The notes beneath the pieces were generated by a model that saw only the letters and a list, made by a program, of their open reading frames with translations, was not told where the DNA came from and did no database searches. A stretch of 64,000 nucleotides of DNA from Octopus sinensis (taxonomy: Eukaryota): assembly GCF_006345805.1 (NCBI RefSeq), contig NC_043007.1:37138001-37202000 (forward strand). Direction: 5' to 3'. The position numbers and the translations under genes were made by a program. Positions 48,854 through 60,192 of this stretch are shown here, piece after piece. The stretch's first letter is position 1. Each line of letters opens with the position of its first letter.

Positions 48854-49602
48854 TTAATATTTTACATAAAAGATTAATATACAGTTTGCTTATATGCTGG
48901 AAATGTTGAAGCACTTATTCCACACTACCTGGAGGTTGATGTTAGGAAGGGCATCCAACTGTAAAAAACCCTGCCAAAACAGACAGTGTAGCCTGCTGTA
49001 GTTTTCTACATGGCCAGCTCCTGTCAAACCGTCCAACCCATGCCAGTATGGAAGACAGACGGTAAATGATGATGATAGTGTTAATGCCAATCAACTATAC
49101 TTGTCTTTAATATTTTTACCCTTCTGGCAATGTTAAAACCCATTATAAAGGGCGGCGAGCTGGCAGAAACGTTAGCACGCCAGGCGAAATAGTTAGCAAT
49201 ATTTCTCCTGTCATTACGTTCTGAGTTCAAATTCAGCTGAAGTCGACTTTCCCTTTCATTCTTTCGGGGTCGAGAAATAAGTACCAGTTTCACATTGGGG
49301 TCGATGTAATTGACTTAATTCCTTTGTCTGTCCTTGTTTGTCCCCTCTATGTTTAGCCCCTTGTGGGCAATAAAGAAATATATAATTAAAAGCTTTACAG
49401 TATTTGCTCCTGCTAAAAGTCAGCTTTGATTTTTGCCCTTTTGGGGTTTCAACAAAATAAAGTGACAGTCAAGTCCTAGAGTCAGTTTATTCAGCTGATT
49501 CTCCAAAGTTTCTGGCCCTGTGTCTATATTTCCAGCATAGGCACAAAACTTGTGCAGAGAATGATACAATTAAAAAGGTCATGGGATTAAATTAATGAAC
49601 AT

Positions 49603-49768
49603 AAGCGCAGGTATGGCCGTGCAGTAAGAAGCTTGCTTCCCAACCACATGGTTTTGGGTTCAGTCCCATTGCATGACACCTTAGGTGTCTTCTACTATAG
49701 CCTCAGGCTGACCAAAGCCTTGTGAGTGCATTTGGTAGACAGAAACTGAAAGAATCTCATGTTATGTA

Positions 49769-49801
<33 letters not shown>

Positions 49802-49998
49802 CCTCCCCATCACCACTCGACAACTGGTGTTGGTGTGTTTACATTCCTGTAACTTAGCAGTTCAGCAAAAGACGCTGATAGAACAAGGCTTGATAAAAGA
49901 TAAGTCCTGGGGGCAATTTGTTCGACTAAAACTCTTCAAGGTGGTGCTCCAGCATGGCCACAGTCAAATGAGTGAAGCAAGTAAAAGAATAAAAGAAT
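49603..49998 (+). mobile_element. Family A SINE (diverged)
   Basis: gcgcaggtatggccgtgcagtaagaagcttgc ... gtaaaagaataaaagaat. Confidence 0.8.
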
Positions 49999-51279
49999 GT
50001 GTTTCAGTGAACAACAGAATTGATGGAGATTTCCAATTTAATTTAGTTACTTCCCTTCACATTCCAAGTTAAAAATCTGCCGGGGTTGACCTGCATAATT
50101 TAAACAAAAACAAACTAAGAGAAATAACTCAGTGGCCTGTGAGCATATATTTGAGTAACAAACAAAATACAAGTATGTTAAACACTATACAACATAAATT
50201 CTTGATTTATTAATATTATCTCCATCTCAAGGGATTGTGTCATCATCATCATCTACATTTAACGTCCATTGTCCATGCTTGCATGGGTTGCATGGTTTGA
50301 CCAGGGCTGGTAAATTGAGGGACTGCACCAGACTCCAGTCTGATTTAGCATGGTTTCTACAGCTGGATGCCCTTCCTAACGCCAACCACTCCAAGAGTGT
50401 AATGGGTGCTTTTATGTGCCACCAGCACAGGTGCCAGTTGCATGACGCCAGTATCTGCCACGACTGTTTCACTTGGCTTTATGGGTCTTCTACTCAAGCA
50501 CAGCATATTGCCAAAGGTCTCGGTTATTTATCATTACCTCTATGAGGCCAAATTACCTAATTACTAAATTGAGATGGAGAGATAATCTTAAGAATAAGAA
50601 TTCTCCAAAGTTGCCATGTACTAAGGAGAAGAACAAGCTTATCGTCTGGAGATAAGAGGACAGTCATAGACATGTGTTTCTGGTTCAATAACTGTTATCA
50701 ACACAACGATTTTCCAACCTCATCTCCAGTAGCCAAGGGACTTAGAGTTATACGAAAAAGAGTAGAAAACTTTTATGGTCCAGGTAATTTGCTTAATTTA
50801 AACAAAAAATAAGCTAAGAGAGATAACTCAAAGTGGCCAGTGGCATATATTTAAGTAGCATAGACAAATACGGTATATTATGCAACAAATTCTTGATTTA
50901 GGTACCAGCAATATACTAGGACAGGCAAAATATTGGTAGAGTAATTAAAACCTCAGATACAATTCCAAGCTGTATTTGTTCCAGCTCAAATTCTAACATG
51001 GCTAATTTTGCTTTTCATCCTTCTGGATTCAGTAAAGTACCTGGGGTCAATTTTCTCTAGGATTTGGCTATGATGTGCTATATAAGAAGGGTCGTGAGAT
51101 GCCATTCACAAGGTCCTTTTCTTCACAAATAAAGAACGGTTGAACATGGGAAAGCTGATTTGTAACTGAAACTATCCGTTTTCAGGCCAATATGCAGTAC
51201 ATCACGGAAAAGAAAAAATATAGGAGGATCTGGATAGCAGAATCAGTGGAGTTGCCTGACAAAATACTTTGAAGTATTA

Positions 51280-51640
51280 CATCATCATCATCATTGTTTA
51301 ACGTCTGTTTTCCATGCTAGCATGGGTTGGACGGTTCAACTGGGGTCTGGGAAGCCAGAAGGCTGCGCCAGGCCCAGTCTGATCTGGCAGTGTTTCTATG
51401 GCTGGATGCCCTTCCTAACGCCAACCACTCTGAGAGTGTAGTGGGTGCTTTTTACGTGCCACCTGCACAGGTGCCAGACGGGTCTGGCAAACAGCCATGA
51501 TCGGATGGTGCTTTTTACGTGCCACCGGCACGGGGGCCAGACGAGGCTGGCAACAGCCACGATTGGATGGTGCTTTTCACATGCCACCGGCACAGAGTCC
51601 AGTCGGGGCGGCGCTGGCAACGACCATGTTCGGATGGTTT
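51280..51640 (-). mobile_element. RTE-tail element copy
   Basis: (cat)n, ccatgctagcatgg, three internal repeat units. Confidence 0.82.
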
Positions 51641-51781
51641 AAATAAATGAGAGATACACTGCACTTTTCCATTTTATCTTTTCTTTTTTTTGCCAATAAT
51701 TTTTACTGTGAATTACTTATAAAATGTAACACATATTGCTATAATTAGTTTACACTGACGTTTGTTTTTCTTATGTTTTAG

Positions 51782-52431
51782 GAACTTCCAGTGCTATAGT
51801 ACCACTGAATAACACCCAGCCTAGTATTCGAGCCATTTCCCTAAGGGAAGAGATCACTAACATGCATACACTGATTCGTTCACACAGCAATTCCATGAAG
51901 GTTTTCAAACGAGAACTTAATGAAATGCAGAGTAAGTACAGCATGCAGCGCAAAAACTCCAGAGAGCTTGCAAAGAAAGTGCTCGTTCAGAAGAAGCGCT
52001 GCAAAATCCAGAACAAATGTTTGTCCGACTTGAACACACGACTTCTTGAAGAAGAGCGCAAGGTTGATGAGCTGAGCAGCAAACTTTTAAGCCAGGGCAA
52101 AACAATGGCGGAACTTAATGATAGGGTGAATGACCAGGGGAGGAAAATTGCTGAACTAAACCAGAAGCTTGTTTTGTATGAGGACAAGTTTACTAGTAAA
52201 TTACCTTCTTATGCTGACCTTGATACCAAAATCTGTGAAGGGCATGAGGAGGCAGACTTTGACTCCCCTGGTTGCAATAGTGTCAGCTCTGTGTCAGAGC
52301 ACATAGTGGATCCATCTTTAGACCACTTAAGTGATATAGCGAACCAGAAAGCCAGAAAGACTATAAAACGAAGGCTTTCCGTGTCTGAAAATCAAAGTGA
52401 CCTACCAATTACAAAACATTACAAACAGTAG
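51782..52431 (+). CDS. FBXO28: FBXO28-like terminal exon 4 (coiled coil and tail)
   Basis: ttttag|(G)TSSAIVPLNNTQPSIRAISLREEITN-MHTL...KHYKQ*. Phase 1 joins exon 3; heptad-rich segment like the FBXO28 C-terminal coiled coil. Total CDS 1221 nt = 406 aa + stop. Confidence 0.85.
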
Positions 52432-52598
52432 AACTAACTACTTGCCTGTCTGTCTCTCGCAGACTTGGAATGTTACCGAAGGAGAAAAAGCAAGAAGAGG
52501 GAAAAAAAAAACTGATAAAAATTAAATATATATATATATTACTATTTTAATTTGTTTTTAAATGGACACAGCTCCTTCCACCTTGTAAATATATTTAA

Positions 52599-52776
52599 AT
52601 GCATATATGTATGTGTGTGTGTATGTATATATATATATATATATATGTGTATGTATGTATATGTATGTATGTATATATATGTATGTATATGTATGTATGT
52701 ATATATATGTATGTATGTATATGTATGTATGTATATATATGTATGTATGTATATGTATGTGTATATATATATGTAT

Positions 52777-52835
<59 letters not shown>

Positions 52836-52882
52836 TGCATATATATGTATATATATATATATAATATATATATATATGCATA

Positions 52883-52913
<31 letters not shown>

Positions 52914-52915
52914 TT
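52599..52915. repeat. Compound (TA)n/(TATG)n microsatellite, ~315 bp
   Basis: Almost entirely TA, TG and TATG units, ~170 nt after the FBXO28 stop. Confidence 0.95.
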
Positions 52916-53324
52916 TAGCAACAACTTAAGTGAAAAATTTAGCAGCAGTTTCTCAATCTTTTCTGTTTCTTTTAGCTCTTCAGGTCATAACAGAGGTAGG
53001 AGTACAAGGTTGGCTGTTCATGGAAACTCTTTTATGTCAACAACCTATTTTCCCAAGCTTGATCATTTGAAAAGGTTGGGGGAAAAGTCCCTAACATGGA
53101 AACAGAGCCCACAATCAAAGGTTTAAAATTAAGCATAGCAAAGACAAACGATTTCATTAGCAAGATACAATACAAGCTTTTACTATTATCTCAGAAATGC
53201 CATGACTGATATGCAGAAAAGAAATCAGTAGAAATTCTAAACCGTGCACTCAGTATAAACAATGGGTGCATAAGCAATGCTGTGATATCACAGATAGGTT
53301 GTCAGAAAAGGGACTTCAATTATA

Positions 53325-53780
53325 GCCGATTCACAGGAGTGGGCGCTGCCCCGACTGCCTCCGTGCAAGTGGCACGTAAAAGGCACCATCCGATCGTGGC
53401 CGTTGCCAGCCTCTCCTGGCCTCCGTGCCGGTGGCACGTAAAAAGCACCGTCCAATCGTGGCCGTTTGCCAGCCTCTCCTGGCCTCTGTGCCGGTGGCAC
53501 GTAAAAAGCGCCAGCCTCGCCTGGCCTCCATGCCGGTGGCACGTAAAAAGCACCACCCAATCGTGGCCGTTGCCAGCCTCGCCTGGCACCTGTGCAGGTG
53601 GCATGTAAAAAGCATCCACTACACTCATGGAGTGGTTGGCGTTAGGAAGGGCATCCAGCCATAGAAACATTGCCAGATCAGACTGGGCCTGGTGCAGCCT
53701 TCTGGCTTCCCAGACCCCAGTTGAACCGTCCAACCCATGCCAGCATGGAAAGCGGACGCTAAACAATGATGATGATGATG
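53325..53780 (+). mobile_element. RTE-tail element with five internal repeat units
   Basis: gtgccggtggcacgtaaaaagcacc-type unit x5, then the standard tail and (gat)n. Confidence 0.85.
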
Positions 53781-53904
53781 ATAAAAAGACTCACATTTGC
53801 TCAGAAAGCTCAGTAGAAATAGGTAATAGCATCTGTACCTCTATGATCTAACAGTAGACGTGTATGTTGCAAAAGCATAATGGCCAGTATATGGTTGAGG
53901 TATA

Positions 53905-54600
53905 AAGGGTTTGGGGAGTTATTTCTTCTGTTGGCATCTAAGGGATTCTGATGAGTAAAGGGCAGCAGATTGCATGATGTTTGTATATAAAGAGTAAAAC
54001 TGCATGTTAATGAAACATAGGCATTGAATATAAAGCCTAGATAGGAATGAGGTGAGCAAGCTTGACCAAACGTACAGGGTGTTCATAAATTACTTTTACA
54101 ATTTGAAGAGATCATAAAGAAATGAAAAATAAGGATAACTCAGCAGAATTTACTTGATAATATAGGTAAATAAATAAAATTTTATTAGAAACATCAGAAT
54201 ACTTCCATATGGGCTCCATTTGTTGCATGCAACACATCTTGATAATAAATTGTGGGAATTGTAAAGATAATTTATGGACACCCTGCATTCTGTTAGTGTG
54301 CATGGAAAACAGCAGATAACAGATAGATAAACTGAAGGGAACAATTTGTATAAGAGGAATCAGATGTAGTGTGCAAGAGAGAAGGTTTGCTAGTATAGAT
54401 ACATGATGCTTTTGAAGGATAACAGTTGGATGAAGTGTTAAGTAATCCGAGTACAAAATGTATGCAAAATAGGAAGATTGAGATAGAAGTGGAATGAAAT
54501 GGTGAATGCTGTATCTCATGAAAGAAATGAGAAAGGACTGCAACAAGTAACAAGAGACTGTACTGGGGAAGACCCATCTGACTCCTGAAAGCATGCAGAA
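53905..54600 (+). mobile_element. Decayed RTE ORF2 C-terminus interrupted by a MITE
   Basis: Degenerate ELFLLLASKG...RNEVSKL, continuing after 54285 with agaggaatcagatgtagtgtgcaagag (GIRCSVQE). Confidence 0.55.
54075..54285. mobile_element. Tc1/mariner-type MITE
   Basis: TIRs cagggtgttcataaatta / taatttatggacaccctg; TA on the left flank. Confidence 0.82.
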
Positions 54601-55628
54601 ACACAAAACGATGACAATATGTTGATGTATTTGAAGCTTTATGTATGTGTGCATGTATTTATGCACACACATACTTTGTGACCCATATGTATGTAATTTG
54701 TTTTTATATATAAAACATGCCTTAACACTACTTTTTTTTTTAAACAGATTATGTATTTTATATATATATGGGTATATGTGTATATAAAATATACATTATA
54801 TATCATACATATATGTATGTATGTATATATACAGATATATCATAGTTGTATTCAAAAAGACCTGCTCAGTGGTGTACTGGCATCTATGTTGAGTGGTAAC
54901 AGTTACTCTCACCTGAATTATATTTCTTTACTACCCACAAGGGGCTAAACACAGAGGGGACAAACAAAGACAGACAAACGGATTAAGTCGATTACATCGA
55001 CCCCAGTGCGTAGCTGGTACCTAATTTATCGACCCCGAAAGGATGAAAGGTAAGGTCGACCTCGGCGGAATTTGACCTCAGAATGTAACGGCAGACGAAA
55101 TACAGCTACGCATTTCTGCCAGCTTGCCACCTTAACTCTCACCTGAAATAGAAGGATGTGTGCCTGCCTGACATGAAAGCAACCAACATCACCTCCAACA
55201 CCTGGGAAGCAGTTGCAGCCGGCCAAACTGCAGCACCAAAGAGTCACAAGCTTTAAGAAGCAGAGAGCAAAAACCTTCATAAGACCTGGGTAGCATGATG
55301 AAATTATGCCATCATCATTGTTTAACATCTACTTTTCTGTGCTTATGTTAATCAGATTGGATTAATTGAGGTGCATTTTCAACAACCAAATGCTCTTCCT
55401 AATGCCAACCCTCACCTGTTTCCAAGTAAGGTAATACTCCCCATGACCAAACATGTTTGCATGACGTTGATGTTTGTTTACTACTATCACATGAAATCAA
55501 GACAATGAGATAGTAATACATACATGTATATACACACACACACATACATATAAATGCAGTGGCAAATCATCCAACCCATGCCAGCATGGAATGGACATTA
55601 AAGGATGATGATGGTATATATATATATA

Positions 55629-56148
55629 CCGTAAATCCTTGAGTATAATCCACATTTTTTTCCCAAAATTTAATGGTCAAAATCCCTATTGCGTACTATA
55701 TACGAGGTTAAAAATGAAAAACGTTTTCTAAGCAATGTCCAAGTCTCTATTTGCTGTCCGGCAATGTTTATTCAGATGCATTTGTGATGTTGGGGGCGAA
55801 AATACCTTAAGCTAAGCCTGAAAGCAATGAAGTCATAAAATGATCATCCATAACTTGCAGTAAGCAACATTTATTAAACGTTATTACTGTTATTAATGTT
55901 ATTTCTTTATTTTCTGCAAACAAAATGTACAAAATAGCTACACGTTTGCATTATGTTATATATACAATAATAATAAAGGACGTTACTGTATACATTTTTA
56001 CAAACCAAGGACGTTATATAGACCTCCTTGACTCAAGTTCAAGAAGGGGTGCGTATTATACACAAGGTTTAGGTTTTTCAGAGGTACAGCCCCCTAAAAA
56101 TCCCCTGTGTATTATACTCAAGGGCGGACTATACTTGAGGATTTACGG
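55629..56148. mobile_element. TA-flanked MITE (Tc1/mariner-pogo type), ~520 bp
   Basis: TA-ccgtaaatccttgagtataatcc ... ggactatacttgaggatttacgg-TA. Confidence 0.88.
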
Positions 56149-56557
56149 TATATATGTATATATATATTTCTTTTTTTCTTATATTTGTTTCAGTCATTTT
56201 TTCAGGAACATCTTGATGTATTGGCAAACAGTGTTGGAGAGCATAAAGATTGTAGTCGAGAAAAAGTTAGCTGATATGGAGGACTAGAAGTCATCAGAAT
56301 ATTGGAAGAGTGTTACCTGTATTATGATGATTTATGCCAGGTATCAAAATGCTAACATCAACATTTGCTGCTCAGTGCTCTGTGAACATTGTGAAGACCA
56401 TTAGGTGTTACATGGACAGCTGCAACAGAGACTAGGAAGCCTTGTGCAGCAGGAAGGGACACAACAGGTAGTTTGACAGTGTTTGCACACCAGAATTTAT
56501 CCTCATATCTTTGAACAAGGCCATAGGCTCAATTCAGACTGAAGCTGTTCAAGACTG

Positions 56558-56905
56558 GTCAAACCCTGGCTGGAGAGATTTGTTGCTGGAAGGCTATATG
56601 TGTACCAGCAGGATTCTGCTCTTTGCAATACCTCCAGAAAAAGTTAGAAGCAATCATCAGAGAATTTTTACAACTTAACCAACCCCAATTTCTGGCCTCC
56701 TAATTCTCCCGATTGAGATCCCATAGATTATTATGTGTTGGGACATAGTTGAGAAAGGCACCAACTTCTCTGCCTACAATACCAAGGCTGAGCTCATGGC
56801 CTGGATGAAGGAGGTGTTTGAAGATCTTCCCAGGGACACGCTGAGGAACATGTGCACCAGGTTCTGGAGCTGTCTTGAGGCCATGAAGGAAGATGATGGT
56901 GGCTA
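56558..56905 (+). mobile_element. Tc1/mariner (maT/DD37D-like) transposase C-terminal remnant
   Basis: VKPWLERFVAGRLYVYQQDSA...FWPPNSP...DPIDYYV...NTKAELMAWMKEVFEDLPRDT, with frameshifts and stops. Confidence 0.8.
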
Positions 56906-56909
56906 ATTT

Positions 56910-57128
56910 GGCGGCCGTTGCCAGTACCACGTGACTGGCCCTCGTGCCGGTGGCATGTAAAAGCACGCACTACACTCGGAGTGGTTGGCGTTAGGAAGGG
57001 CATCCAGCTGTAGAAACTCTGCCAAATCAGATTGGAGTCTGGTGCAGCTATCTGGTTCGCCAGACCTCAGTCAAATCGTCCAACCTATGCTGGCATGGAA
57101 AGTGGATGTTAAACGACGATGACGATGA
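56910..57128 (+). mobile_element. RTE-tail element copy
   Basis: gtgccggtggcatgtaaaagcac...ggcatccagctgtagaaac...gttaaacgacgatgacgatg. Confidence 0.8.
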
Positions 57129-57325
57129 TATATCCCAATCATAATCTAGTTGATATATTTTGATTTGTTTTAAATACTTAAATTTTTAAGTGCGCAATTA
57201 CTATCTCAAAACAATTTTCTTCATATCGTCATATTAGACAAGATCTGCACAAATACTTGGTAAGACTTAACTTAAAGTTTATACAAAGTATATATGCATA
57301 TGTATATAATATATATGCACATGTA

Positions 57326-57644
57326 TGATGCCCCACCCACTTTATTCGCTGGACACTACCCCATCTAATTATCATTTATTCCATAGTCTTCTAAATCATT
57401 TGGACTGAAAAAATATGAATTCTGTAGATGAGGTCAGAACAGTACTGGAGGAGTATTTTTCATGATGGACAAGTGAATTTTGGAAGAGGGGCATTGCAAG
57501 TGTACCAGATAGATGGAAGAGCATTGTGGAAAATGAAGGAGAGTATATTTTAGATTAAAAAAATAACTCTGTTTATCTTAATTTTGAAAAAGTAAAAGAA
57601 GTATAAAAGAACTGCATTATGCATTATTTATGGGATGACCCAGT
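57326..57644 (+). mobile_element. mariner (DD34D-like) transposase 3' remnant with right TIR
   Basis: MPHPLYSLDTTPSNYHLFHSL...RGIASVPDRWKSIVENEGEYILD* (degenerate YSPDLAPSDYHLF), ending gcattatttatgggatgacccagt-a. Confidence 0.8.
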
Positions 57645-57840
57645 ATATACATATATGCAGGTATGTTGATGCAATGTCATAGGTTCAATTACTGGACCAG
57701 GCAGCATGTTATATCTTTGAGCAAGGCACCTCTTTTCATCTTCGATCTGCTCAGCTGAAATTAGTACCAGCCAAATACTGGTACAGCCCTCTCTCTTTTC
57801 CTGATTTTCCACTGGGTCAAGGGTATCTCTCTTGCAACAT

Positions 57841-58290
57841 TTACTTAGGCTCTGAAATGGAAATTTTAATACCTTGCTGTTGTCTGGATCCCAAAACTTC
57901 TGATTTCTCCTTTGACAATGCTAGGTCTCTTACTAAATCATTCAAATCTTGATTAAACAAGCATGGCTCATTTTTCTTAGAATCAACAACATACTCTTTG
58001 TCAATAGGAGAGTTGAGGGGTTCATCATGCAATGTGTCAAGGTCTTCAAGTGAATCATGTAAGAGAGGAACTGGGACAGAGTTCTCGAAGTCATGTGGGA
58101 CTGGTTTTAGACCCAACTTACAATCTGCATACACAATTTTTGCTTTGGTTTTCTTTGAGAAACCACTTGTTTTAGTCATGCAAAAGTAACAATCAGAAAC
58201 ATGATTGGTTGGCTCATGCCATACCATTGGTACAGCAAAAGGCATTCCCTTCTGTTTTCCATTCAGCCACTACACTAAAAGAACTTTCTC
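57841..58290 (-). mobile_element. Chapaev3-like (CMC superfamily) transposase N-terminal remnant
   Basis: WLNGKQKGMPFAVPMVWHEPTNHVSDCYFC...KPVPH...DLNDLVRDLALSKEKSEVLGSR. Motif recognised from memory of Chapaev3-type proteins; no search was run. Confidence 0.7.
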
Positions 58291-58551
58291 ATTGTTTGTT
58301 TTATTGCAATTATTTCTTTAATTTTGATTTGAGACCGCTTTTATTTTAGCAAATTTTATAATACGGCCTATATCTAGCTGAAAGTAGAATCTTGCACCTG
58401 ACATGCTACAACGATTCTGAGTGGAGATTCAGAATCAGCATCCTTGATTTAGTCTAAAACACATGCTTTTAGAATTACGGAGATGTACTTGCATAGCAAG
58501 TGGCCTGATCTGAGATCGTGTGCTGGAACGAAAACAATTGCAGTGTGGAAG

Positions 58552-58791
58552 GTGTTTATAAGCCATTTAAGAAACACAAAAACCGTTAGATTCACTTCAA
58601 TATTTAAATTTAGTTTTTCAAAATATTTTCGTCGTTTTGAGACCGTGACCTGTTCACTGACAAAATTCAGCACAGAATTTTGTCAGTGAACAGGTCGCAG
58701 TCTCAAAGCGCCGAAAATATTTTGTCAAATTAAATTTAAATGTTGAAGTGAATCTAACGGTTTTTGTGTTTCTTAAATGGCTTATAAACAC
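58552..58791. repeat. 240-bp near-perfect palindrome (117-bp arms, 6-nt loop)
   Basis: Arms 58552-58668 and 58675-58791, loop agcaca, about 8 mismatches by manual alignment. Confidence 0.95.
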
Positions 58792-58984
58792 TTTACATGC
58801 TTATACTCCAATAGCAAAATCTTTGTTATCCAGTGTAATTTGATGTTTATGAGTTTACAAAGGGTGACTCTGATAGGAGTTTCTCATTTGAAAGTGGTTT
58901 TGTATTCATTTTTTCAAATACATAATACCATACCAAGGACTTTCTATTTCTTATTCTACTATATACATATGTGTCTGTGTGTGT

Positions 58985-59320
58985 GTATCATCATCTTCAT
59001 CGTTTAACATCCGCTTTCCATGCTAGCATGGGTTGGACGATTTTGACTGAAGGTTGGCGAACCAGATGGCTGCACCAGGCTCCAATCTTGATCTGGCAGT
59101 GTTTCTACAGCTTGATGCCCTTCCTAATGCCAACCACTCCAAGAGTGTAGTGGGTGCTTTTTACATGCCACCAGCACGGGGGCCAGTCAGTTGGTACTGG
59201 CAACGACCTCACTCGACTCTTTTTACACATGCCACCGGCACAGGTGCCAGTAAGGTGATGCTGGTAATGATCACACTCGAATGGTGCCTTTTACATGCCT
59301 CCGGCACGGAAGCCAGTTTC
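58985..59320 (-). mobile_element. RTE-tail element copy
   Basis: catcatcttcatcgtttaacatccgctttccatgctagcatggg... Confidence 0.8.
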
Positions 59321-59984
59321 AACTTTTAACATCCATCTTTCATGCTGGCAGGGATTGGATAGTTTGAGAGGATCGAATGGGTCTGAGGACTGCACACTAT
59401 TCTAACATCTGCTTTGGCATGGTTTCTATGGCTGTGTTCCCCTCCTATTGCCAATCACTTATCAGAGCGTATTGGATGCTTTGTAGTGCCAGCACTAGTG
59501 AGGTTGCCATGCAGCTTGCAAGACTTAAGATCTGCTACAACTGTGTAAGGCTGTGGTAGTGAAGAAGACAACTCTGTGCTCGGAGATATGAGATTAAAGT
59601 AAAAGAGGTGGAACCAGAACAACAGGTTATTGCTTAAAGATGCTACATGGCTACTAAGATAGAAAAGAGGGTGGAGCCATGTGAATCCTCAAGATATAAG
59701 GTGAGTAGAAATAAGAAGAGATAGTAGAACAGGAAGTGTGGGAGGATAAAGATTGCAAGAATGTATAGGGGATGGTGAGGCTGTGGAATAGATGAAGACG
59801 ATGTGTTAGAGGGAAGAGTCGGAGATGACTGTATGAATTGGGTGTGATTGGGGCAAGAAGACCAGCAGAATAATAATAATAATACAGTAGACAAAGGAAG
59901 GATGAGAGCTGGGTGTGGGTGGATAAGTTGCAAGAGTGTGAGGGGAGAAGCAAATATAATGCATAGGGAGAGTAAGAGATGTAT

Positions 59985-60192
59985 GATAATGGAGAAGGAG
60001 AGACAATTTTGGGCCTTGATGGACTCCTACCTTCACATTTAATTCCTCACTGAAATCATCGATTCTCACTTTACTATCTACATCTTTCTATATGGCTTGT
60101 ATAGCATTCATAAGCCATTCATCAATGCCTAGTTTCCTTAGAGACCACTAAGTTACTGAACATGGGACCCTGTCAAATGCCTTCTCTAAGTC
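59985..60192 (-). mobile_element. RTE-clade reverse transcriptase fragment
   Basis: DLEKAFDRVPCSV..WSLRKLGIDEWLMNAIQA...KVRIDDFSEELNVKVGVHQGPKLSLLL, with in-frame stops. Confidence 0.8.

Noticed and set aside
52552-53126. Several 85-175 aa ORFs rich in Y/I/M/C/V/H
   Set aside because: They are translations of the (TA)n/(TATG)n microsatellite.
53340-53620. CRISPR-like array of palindromic repeats (also at 2760-2960, 24540-24760 and others)
   Set aside because: The 'spacers' are homologous to each other, there are no cas genes, the context is eukaryotic intron/intergenic DNA, and the array is embedded in a (GAT)n-tailed retroelement. It is a minisatellite.
53945-53975. Other CUGAUGA/CUGAAGA hits (e.g. 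22363, 35805, 53949)
   Set aside because: None has a stem II followed by GAAA at the right spacing.
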